Below are positions 56,562-64,000 of a DNA stretch of 64,000 nucleotides, piece after piece. The position numbers were made by a program, and so were the translations under genes. Each line of letters opens with the position of its first letter. The stretch's first letter is position 1. This DNA is from an uncultured euryarchaeote (GTDB lineage Archaea; Thermoplasmatota; Poseidoniia; Poseidoniales; Poseidoniaceae). The notes below the pieces were generated by a model. The model was not told the origin of the DNA and did no database searches. It was given only the letters and a program-made list of their open reading frames with translations. The DNA lies in contig CALBRH010000044.1 of assembly GCA_937899865.1 (NCBI GenBank), positions 4,691-68,690 on the forward strand, in the 5' to 3' direction.

Positions 56562-59500
56562 TTATTGGTTATCTTGCAGTTGTTCTTGGTAGTATTCTTG
56601 CAGTTGCTCAATTGTCCAACCATTGTCAAGATATCTTTGGATTACATCTTCACCCCAGCCAGGGAATTTTGCGAGATCAGCATCACTAATGCCACTGCTT
56701 GCTTCACTAGCCACTTCTCCACCACTGCCGTCTAGGACTGGCATAGACCACTCTTCAGTGTCAACTGCTTCTGAATTTTCCATCAACATCATTTCTTGTT
56801 CCTCAATACTAACCAAATCCTTTGCTTGACTCGCTTTGCTTTCTAATTGTTTTAGGATAAGGAATGCTCCAGCACAGAAGATTGCAGCAACGAGCATAAC
56901 TATCAGCATAGAATTTGAGCCTGTATTATCTTTCTCGCCATCACTGGCATCAGCGTTGTCAGATAACTGTTCACTTGAACAACCATCCAAATCAGTCAGT
57001 CCACCCACTTCGGTATCAGGACACAAATCAAATTTGTTTAGAATACCATCTAAATCATCATCTGCATCTGGGTCTACAGTTTGATTATCGTCTGGCTCAT
57101 CAGTATCTATTACTGCAGATAAGTCACAACCATATTTGTCAGTATCTTTGATGCCATCTCCATCCGCATCTTCCAAGTTTAACGCATCAAATATTGCAAC
57201 ATTTTCCACACTGGAATTAAGTGCTGTACTTTGAGCCCAAGCTATCTCTACTGAATCAATAGCACAATCACCGTCAGTATCAGCGAGAAGAGGATGACCG
57301 CCTTGCTTTTCTTCATCGGTATTATTCACGCCATCACCATCTGAATCATACATGTCTTCAGTCATTCCGTTTGGCATGATTCGCTTGGTACGGTTTAGGC
57401 CGTTTGCAACTTCCCATTTATCCGTAAGAGAGTCTTGGTCAGTATCGGTAACATTGTCCAATCTATTCCAATCTACATGCCAAGCATCAAGATAATACTG
57501 AGTAATAGCGGCAGAGTGTATTATGACCCCCATTTCACGATTTCTATTCATTGCAGAACTACCCATATTGATTGAAGATACAAGTACGCTCTCACCATCT
57601 ACAATTATTCCTTTATTGTGTAATTTTGAGACATCATCATCTTCACTCATTACGATTGCAGATGCATCTAATCCTTGGGAGCCATTCCATACTTCATTGA
57701 ATAAATCTACAACTTCTTGGTCATCATCGTCCAAATATGCTCCGTTAATTATTAGATGTACTCCAACTCCATTCATTGCCACATCATGAAGAGCAGTAAT
57801 GATTGGATTTTCATCTCCCCAACCATATGCCCAGTCAACATCAAGTGTTTGTTGAGATAGTAAGACTTCACTATTTGCTGAACGAATAAAGTCAGTTATT
57901 TTGGTGACACAATTCTCGGGACAAGTCAATAATTCACCAGAAACACTGGTTTGAATTGCGGCTTGTACTCCGCCACCTCCAATTGTATTCGGTGCGTAAA
58001 AATTGTATTGATCATAATCACTTAATGACATCATTTCAGACCAATGAATATCTAAATTGAATTGTTGATCAACCATATGTGCAAGTTCTAAGTTGTCAAT
58101 AATAATACTCCATTCTACATTGCCTCTAACTCCAGGGGCTGGTACAGAAGAAGACTTCCAATTGCCCGAAGACATCCAAACACTGCTTGAGTCTCGTACT
58201 GCAACTTTACTGTGAAGATACAAGTATGGCTCATCACTTCCAGTATTGAACTCATAAACAGTAGCACCCGCTTGGATTAAGGTGTAAGCGAAATCATTTT
58301 TGTATTGCAAATCTGTTTCAGACCAAATGTTACAGTTTATACATCCAGAATCAAGCATTAATTCTACACTAACTCCTCTTTGCAAAGCATCCAATAATGC
58401 TTGAACCAAGTATGCGTCTTGTAATTGATACAATTGAATTTTCAAACTTGTTTGGCTATCATCAATGAATTGTTTCAATTCAAGTAAGCCATTTTGCGGA
58501 CCGATAATTGGTACTATAAGTGCCTCGGATTGAGCAAACTCAGATTGTAAGCACAAAGTACCCATGCTACCTGTTATCGACCAATGATGCTTCCAGTCAT
58601 CTGCTGTATCAGTGTCAGGTAAGTATGAGCAACCATCACCTCTAACATAGACGAATTCATCATCAGAAACACTGGATGCTGGAATAGAAATTGCCTCACT
58701 GCTCCAACCATCTTGGCTTGCAGGGCCACTGTCAAAGACAAATGTGTCTGACAAGACGCCATTAGGGTCTTTCAAGGAAATAGCAACTCCAGAATCAGGG
58801 ATGTATAGGTTTGAACATCCAATATCATCGAAATTTAGGTAGGTTGTTGCTTCTCCAAGCAGCAGATTTGTGTCTTGAGTAATTATTTCAGCCATACCAT
58901 CATTATCTGTAATATCTGAATCCTCAGCGAAAACAATTGTGCTTTGAGGACTGAAGAACATATTGTTGATAATAGTACATTCAACTAAAGTGCCATCATT
59001 GATATTGATGGTCCAACCGTTGAAGAACGCATCATTTTCTCCGATGTTTTTGATTTGAATGAATTCATTGTCATATGGTGAAACTCTTGTAATTATGATG
59101 TCTTGAGCAGTAGCAAAGTCGGTAGCTTGTATGTTGGCGGAACCCGGTGTTGGGTAAGCACCAGAAAACCAATTTACTCCATCTTCAGAAATCCATGACT
59201 CGCAAGTATTTGCTGTAATTCCTTCACCATGTACATTTGATGTTGTGACCATGACGCCATCTGGATTGTACATGTGAATCAAATCTATAGGCATAAGGAA
59301 TGAGCGTGGTAGGCTAATAAGAGTATATTCGCCTGGATTTAATAAGGTAGTTTTACTACTATTTGTCGTGACAATGTTTTGATTTATGCTATCTACATCA
59401 GCTAATTCAGTGATGAATAATCGGTTGCTATCGGTATCAATTCGCCACCTTAAGAGGTCAATTGGTGAAGTACCATTATTGAATACCTCTACCCAATCGT

Positions 59501-61550
59501 TGTAATTATTGCCTAATTCATCACACCAGCCAACATATTCGGTTAATATCAAGTCGTTGGAATCAGTGTATGCAGGCCATACAGGATTTATGACTCCTGG
59601 GGTAGACCATGCAGGTTCAACCCATCCAGTGACTCCTGAAGGATTGGTAGTAGTATATCCTGCATGACTGCTTCCAGGTGCTACTAATGACACATTCTCA
59701 GAGGAATGATTCCAACTAACCATGTCAACAATTCCTGAATTTGCATCAACTAAAGTGATTATGTCACTAGTTTGTTTCAAGTAAAATGAATTAGTTCCAT
59801 TCAATACAATCAAACCAGTACTTCCTGGCTGAATGATTGCATCGTTTTGAAGAGGGAAATTATAGCCTCCTAAAGTGAAACTCCTACTGTTAGATGCTTT
59901 TAATTTCCATCCAGTCAAGTCGACAGGAGATGTATCATTATTGTACAACTCAATCCATTCGCCAAGTGGCCAAGATTGGGTATCTGAACCTTCGCCATCT
60001 GGTAATATTTCTGTGAATATAATATCAACAGCAACATATGGTTCACTACCAGGTTCAGGTTCACCTGGAGTCATCCAATTTGATGGGATCCAAGCAGCAC
60101 CCATATTTTCGTAATCTCTTACCATTGATACATTATCGCCAAAGAAATTACTATGCCATGCAGCATCAACAATATTACCAGAATTATCCTTCAAAACTAA
60201 GTGCTCATAATAGTCATATAAATCAAAACTATTTGACATGCCAACCAAGCGTCTTTCACCTGGGTTTACTTCTGTCACTCCTGAGTGGGTTTGGTTGAAT
60301 ACCATGGTTCCTGGGTCAAAGTACAATAAATCGCCTTTGCCATTAGTTACACTCCACCCCGAAACATCCACCATGCTGGTTCCGTTATTGACAATTTCAA
60401 TCCATTTTCCATCAGGGAAGTTTCCTGAGGTATTGGTAGATGGTAAATATTCAGTGATGAAAATATCTCCTATCTTGGTTGGTAAGTTTTCCATAGTATC
60501 GAGATTTGTCATATTGATAGTTGGGTGGGCTGAGATATACATTGCATCACTGCCCGAAACCCTAGATAGTGAGAATCCTGGCTCATTTGTAGTCCAATTT
60601 ACTTCGTCACCAATAGAAGCATTTGGCCAGTGTACACGTAATTTCTCAATTGCGTTATTCAACACACCACTGCTTGTAGAGCCATTTATCGCTACTATTC
60701 TTGTATCTCCTGCATTAATCATTAATGAATTAGGGTCGCTTGAATAACCGATTAGGTGATCTTGATCAAACTCAATGATATTACCCGCCGCATCAGATGC
60801 ATACCAGCCAGTCATATCGATATTAGTTGAGCCTTGATTGTATACCTCTATCCATTCCCCACCAGGATATGTAGCATTATCATAACTTGGTGAAGCATCA
60901 GCCATTACCTCATTGATGACAATGTCTCCAGCAAAATATTCTGGCCCAACAGGGGTGCCTCCTTGATTGGCCTCTCCAGGGGAAAGAGTTCCGGATTCTA
61001 CCCAATCTGCAGCAGGATCACTGGAATCTTCGATTAGTGAGATTCCCTCGGAAGGTGATGAGGTCCAAGTAATAGAATGAACTAGAGTGCCAGTCGGATC
61101 TTTTAGATTCACCATTCCATTAGAATTTTTCAAACAAAAGCCACATGAACCGCCATCGCCATTTCTTGCCATGACGATATAATCTCCAGCAGCAAGGTCA
61201 AGGTTTTGTGTATTTGTTGGATAGACAACGTGACTGGTGGTCATACTGAGTGGTCTGTTGTAATGATCATCTAAAGTCCAAGTTGAAAGGTCAATCGTAG
61301 AAGTTCCAGAGTTATGTAGTTCAACCCATTCACCACTTGTCCAGTCTGAAGGCCCAACAGCACCCGTTTCTGAGCCAAAGGCATTAACCAAGACTTCAGA
61401 AATACAAATATCCCCAATACATGCAGATGAGCGACTTGATGTTTCTGAGGCTTCTTGAGTATCCTGCAATGTTTCGTTATCGAGTAAAGGTGCTAAGTAA
61501 GAACATAGCATAATAGTAATCAAAATTATTGGGTATCTTTTGTCTAGCAT
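56562..61550 (-). CDS. giant (1662-aa) membrane-anchored surface protein: signal peptide, six lamin-tail-domain-like (LTD) repeats, dual-HKD phospholipase-D/nuclease-like module, TSP3-like Ca-binding repeats, TM helix, cytoplasmic tail
   Basis: LTD starts ISEVLVNAFGS..GEWVELHNSG, INEVMADAS..GEWIEVYNQG, ITEYLPS..GKWIEIVNNG, FTEILPD..GEWIELYNND, LTEYVGW..NDWVEVFNNG, ITRVSPYDNEFIQIKNIG (about 58581-61412). HKD1 HSKVAVRD at 58191-58214. HKD2 HNKGIIVD at 57597-57620. DSDGDG/DTDGDC/DADGDG repeats. TM at 56847-56912. Confidence 0.7.
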   Translation of the reverse strand: MLDKRYPIILITIMLCSYLAPLLDNETLQDTQEASETSSRSSACIGDICISEVLVNAFGSETGAVGPSDWTSGEWVELHNSGTSTIDLSTWTLDDHYNRPLSMTTSHVVYPTNTQNLDLAAGDYIVMARNGDGGSCGFCLKNSNGMVNLKDPTGTLVHSITWTSSPSEGISLIEDSSDPAADWVESGTLSPGEANQGGTPVGPEYFAGDIVINEVMADASPSYDNATYPGGEWIEVYNQGSTNIDMTGWYASDAAGNIIEFDQDHLIGYSSDPNSLMINAGDTRIVAINGSTSSGVLNNAIEKLRVHWPNASIGDEVNWTTNEPGFSLSRVSGSDAMYISAHPTINMTNLDTMENLPTKIGDIFITEYLPSTNTSGNFPDGKWIEIVNNGTSMVDVSGWSVTNGKGDLLYFDPGTMVFNQTHSGVTEVNPGERRLVGMSNSFDLYDYYEHLVLKDNSGNIVDAAWHSNFFGDNVSMVRDYENMGAAWIPSNWMTPGEPEPGSEPYVAVDIIFTEILPDGEGSDTQSWPLGEWIELYNNDTSPVDLTGWKLKASNSRSFTLGGYNFPLQNDAIIQPGSTGLIVLNGTNSFYLKQTSDIITLVDANSGIVDMVSWNHSSENVSLVAPGSSHAGYTTTNPSGVTGWVEPAWSTPGVINPVWPAYTDSNDLILTEYVGWCDELGNNYNDWVEVFNNGTSPIDLLRWRIDTDSNRLFITELADVDSINQNIVTTNSSKTTLLNPGEYTLISLPRSFLMPIDLIHMYNPDGVMVTTSNVHGEGITANTCESWISEDGVNWFSGAYPTPGSANIQATDFATAQDIIITRVSPYDNEFIQIKNIGENDAFFNGWTININDGTLVECTIINNMFFSPQSTIVFAEDSDITDNDGMAEIITQDTNLLLGEATTYLNFDDIGCSNLYIPDSGVAISLKDPNGVLSDTFVFDSGPASQDGWSSEAISIPASSVSDDEFVYVRGDGCSYLPDTDTADDWKHHWSITGSMGTLCLQSEFAQSEALIVPIIGPQNGLLELKQFIDDSQTSLKIQLYQLQDAYLVQALLDALQRGVSVELMLDSGCINCNIWSETDLQYKNDFAYTLIQAGATVYEFNTGSDEPYLYLHSKVAVRDSSSVWMSSGNWKSSSVPAPGVRGNVEWSIIIDNLELAHMVDQQFNLDIHWSEMMSLSDYDQYNFYAPNTIGGGGVQAAIQTSVSGELLTCPENCVTKITDFIRSANSEVLLSQQTLDVDWAYGWGDENPIITALHDVAMNGVGVHLIINGAYLDDDDQEVVDLFNEVWNGSQGLDASAIVMSEDDDVSKLHNKGIIVDGESVLVSSINMGSSAMNRNREMGVIIHSAAITQYYLDAWHVDWNRLDNVTDTDQDSLTDKWEVANGLNRTKRIMPNGMTEDMYDSDGDGVNNTDEEKQGGHPLLADTDGDCAIDSVEIAWAQSTALNSSVENVAIFDALNLEDADGDGIKDTDKYGCDLSAVIDTDEPDDNQTVDPDADDDLDGILNKFDLCPDTEVGGLTDLDGCSSEQLSDNADASDGEKDNTGSNSMLIVMLVAAIFCAGAFLILKQLESKASQAKDLVSIEEQEMMLMENSEAVDTEEWSMPVLDGSGGEVASEASSGISDADLAKFPGWGEDVIQRYLDNGWTIEQLQEYYQEQLQDNQ

Positions 61551-61602
61551 TCTATCCTCTCCATGTGTCTCGGGTATTGTTTGTCATATCTTACTTTTGA
61601 TT

Positions 61603-63105
61603 TCACAAGAAGCCAAAGGCATCTTGAGCTTGTGAGAATGTGTAAATCATAATTGGCACAATGATAATTCCCATACCGTGACTCCTTCTAATTCCGACTC
61701 TTGGTGGAATTAGACCAAGTATTGTACCGATTATCAGTACTCCAATGCCAATGAATCCAGTAGTAAACCAGACCAATGCACTGACGAAAATGATTACCCC
61801 CATGACCATTTGTTGTAGTGGTATTGCTGCGTGTAATTTTAGCATACCTTTCCCAACAACACGCATAATTGGCATGGCCATCAAACCTGCAGCAACGGTA
61901 ATGGAAATCAATCTAATGAAGTCCGCAGTTGGTTCTGTTGATGACCAAGTATCGATTGGATACATCATTTTCAAGGCAAGCGTTGCACCGGAACGAGATC
62001 TACCAATAATATACAAGAATCCCAATACCATTACAGTAACAGCAGTATTTACTGCAGATAAGATTGCAATAACTTCCAAATCTTGTTTGGTTTGTGGACC
62101 CTCTACTCCTCCTTCAGCCTCTGAAAGCGCAATTTCTAACAGTTCATCATCGGTTAATTCAGTTAACCTCCTGGTTTCCCAATCCATTCCATAACCCTCT
62201 TTGCCTTGCACCTTTGCTGCAACATTTCTTCCACCCATTACAAGTACAGTTGCTTGAGATGCAGTCATTCCAGGTAATACTCCCATGGATGCTCCGGCAA
62301 CACCAGACCAGAAACATGGGACGATTAACGGCTTAGCAGGAGGTAAAGTCCAGTCTTCGTTTTGTGGCGGTATATGTGAAGTTGTAGCATAAATATCCAA
62401 AAGGTTAGCTATACCGAATAGACCAGCAAGGCTCGGTAGTAAGAGACTAGCATCTGGAATTCCTACCGGCGACCTTGCAGGTAGGCTAAATACAGCCCAA
62501 CCATAGAAACCAGATAATAAAAAGAATCCAGTTGCTGCAAGGAATCCAGCAAATCGACTATCAGTAGCCAACTTATTCATTGAAAGTTTTTGCATCCACT
62601 TTGGCCAATCCAATCTCGTTGTTTCAGTTGCAAGTAGTAAGAAAGAGATACCAAGTAATAAAAAGAAAATTATGTTTCTCAAGTAATCATACCATCCCAA
62701 TTCATCACCAAAAGCAATTCTTGCAACTATTATTAGTGGTAGGGAAAGGAATAATCCGAGTTGTGAACCTCTTGCTGACCAAGCCACTCCACGTGGTGCA
62801 TTACCTGATAGTAACATTCTGTGACCTGGCAATAATGAAAGCGCAGTATCCCCATCTGGAGCACCTAACAAAGCAGATGGAATATAATTGAGAAAAGTAT
62901 GCACAGTGCCGGTTGAAACAATAATTGCAGCAACAGCAGATAATGGAATCCCCCAACTTAGGAATACAGGCGATAACGCTAGAAGAATTAAAGCAACATT
63001 ATTGACGTGGAAACCAGGAATTAGCCCAGTTAATGAGCCCATTGCTACGCCAAAGAATAAGGCGAACAACAACCATCCAAGGTCAATAAAGTATGCTTCA
63101 AACAT
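61603..63105 (-). CDS. TctA-family (DUF112) tripartite-tricarboxylate-transporter-like large membrane protein
   Basis: 500 aa, polytopic. GLIPGFHVNNVA and GVLPGMTASQATVL motifs resemble the duplicated G-x-x-PG motif of TctA. Contains a cytoplasmic acidic insert of about 50 aa. Confidence 0.55.
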   Translation of the reverse strand: MFEAYFIDLGWLLFALFFGVAMGSLTGLIPGFHVNNVALILLALSPVFLSWGIPLSAVAAIIVSTGTVHTFLNYIPSALLGAPDGDTALSLLPGHRMLLSGNAPRGVAWSARGSQLGLFLSLPLIIVARIAFGDELGWYDYLRNIIFFLLLGISFLLLATETTRLDWPKWMQKLSMNKLATDSRFAGFLAATGFFLLSGFYGWAVFSLPARSPVGIPDASLLLPSLAGLFGIANLLDIYATTSHIPPQNEDWTLPPAKPLIVPCFWSGVAGASMGVLPGMTASQATVLVMGGRNVAAKVQGKEGYGMDWETRRLTELTDDELLEIALSEAEGGVEGPQTKQDLEVIAILSAVNTAVTVMVLGFLYIIGRSRSGATLALKMMYPIDTWSSTEPTADFIRLISITVAAGLMAMPIMRVVGKGMLKLHAAIPLQQMVMGVIIFVSALVWFTTGFIGIGVLIIGTILGLIPPRVGIRRSHGMGIIIVPIMIYTFSQAQDAFGFL

Positions 63106-63114
63106 GGTTATTCC

Positions 63115-64000
63115 TCAGTAGTCGGGATATGTGTCGTTGTCATCTCTGTCGTTTTCACCATCACCATCAGTATCAGGATTGTATGGATTTGTCCCATACA
63201 ATGATTCTAAGTTGTCAGATAATCCATCGCCATCGGTATCGATGACATCTGCATTGATTAGATGATATACAGTTGCTACAAGTTCAGGGTCTGCAACTTC
63301 CATTAGTCTACCGTTCCATGTATGGGAATAGCCTGAATGGACATTGTCAGTTCCAATGATGGTATTGTTATTTGGTGATAGCCTAATACTTTGATTAGTT
63401 CCATCTCTTTGTAACCACCATTCTCCATCTTCATCTTGTACAGCAATACCTGGAATATTTACCATTTGACTTCGAGAATATCCCCATTGTGATGCACCTT
63501 CATCCCAAATCAAATTCTTAGCGTCTGGTGCTTCTCCTAATTGATAATCATGAATTAGTAGTCTGATTGCCATATTTATGTCATCCCAAGTTACCGAAAC
63601 ATTAGCCGTGATTGCTTGTCCAGCTTCTATCCATTGAGTTGAAGTTTGAGCAGGGAATGTGGCGTAGATTTTTGTCTGTCCACGATAATCAATTTTGTCA
63701 ACTAACCATCCACTGACATCTTGTACACTGGGCTCTATTGAATATCTAACAAATGCATTGATTGTATAATGTGTATCTGGGTCATCAATCAATCTAATAG
63801 GGTCTCCAGATAACAATGCAAGTAAATCGATAATGTCTTCAGAATTAATCAAATTTCCAGTTGGAGTTCCTTCACTTGAATCAACACACCAACTCGCATC
63901 GGCTTCAGACCACATAAGTCTTCCTTGAACATCTCTAAATTGATTGTGAAGTGAACTATTAGCGTGTTCATTAAGGTCAGCCTCACTTGGTTTCAAACAG
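63115..64000 (-). CDS. secreted/surface protein ending in TSP3-like Ca-binding repeats; N-terminus lies beyond the window
   Basis: The reading frame is open to the window edge, and the ORF-track TTG start at 63996 is probably not the real one. C-terminus DTDGDGLSDNLESLYGTNPYNPDTDGDGENDRDDND. Ends 9 nt before the TctA-like gene. Confidence 0.5.
   Translation of the reverse strand, partial: CLKPSEADLNEHANSSLHNQFRDVQGRLMWSEADASWCVDSSEGTPTGNLINSEDIIDLLALLSGDPIRLIDDPDTHYTINAFVRYSIEPSVQDVSGWLVDKIDYRGQTKIYATFPAQTSTQWIEAGQAITANVSVTWDDINMAIRLLIHDYQLGEAPDAKNLIWDEGASQWGYSRSQMVNIPGIAVQDEDGEWWLQRDGTNQSIRLSPNNNTIIGTDNVHSGYSHTWNGRLMEVADPELVATVYHLINADVIDTDGDGLSDNLESLYGTNPYNPDTDGDGENDRDDNDTYPDY

Noticed and set aside
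60238-60747. Long antisense ORFs inside large genes (also 61745-62194, 37016-37369, 1201-1509, 10043-10369, 44674-45087, 27034-27462)
   Set aside because: They lie fully within strongly supported genes on the opposite strand. They have Ser/Pro/Ile-rich low-complexity composition and no recognisable motifs, which is typical of shadow ORFs.

Overview
AT-rich, very gene-dense 64-kb chromosomal segment with 57 protein-coding calls and 2 tRNAs. Most intergenic gaps are under 100 bp and the largest are about 320 bp. Many genes are joined by ATGA/TGATG start-stop overlaps, and several convergent genes abut or overlap at their stop codons.

Gene content points to an archaeon: archaeosine tRNA-guanine transglycosylase, archaeal CTP-dependent riboflavin kinase, stand-alone GMP synthase subunit B, archaeal/eukaryal-type PheRS alpha, and an HTH-ThiN (ThiR-type) regulator. 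These sit among many bacterial-looking housekeeping genes (sufCBDS, gcvT-PA-PB, folD, kbl, citrate synthase, tatC, thymidine phosphorylase). Together with giant Ca-binding surface proteins, this fits a marine planktonic Thermoplasmatota-like archaeon such as Marine Group II. That assignment is inference only.

I saw no CRISPR array, transposase, integrase, rRNA, prophage or recognisable defence island. Most of the window is ordinary core metabolism.

Candidates for something undescribed:
- A translationally coupled trio at 18.2-22.6 kb. Its centre is a DnaA/Hda-like AAA+ ATPase with no DnaA DNA-binding domain. It is paired with a DUF835-like protein and a CxxCxxCC protein.
- A 1662-aa membrane-anchored surface protein with six lamin-tail-like domains plus a dual-HKD phospholipase-D/nuclease module. 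It shares a cytoplasmic C-terminal tail motif with a second giant surface protein.
- A glycerophosphodiesterase-like gene whose N-terminal HRG strand appears moved to the C-terminus.
- An ArcTGT lacking the canonical CxCxxC zinc motif.
- A five-gene ABC operon ending in a possible AttH/CrtC-like protein.

All functional calls come from motif reading by eye. No database search was possible.
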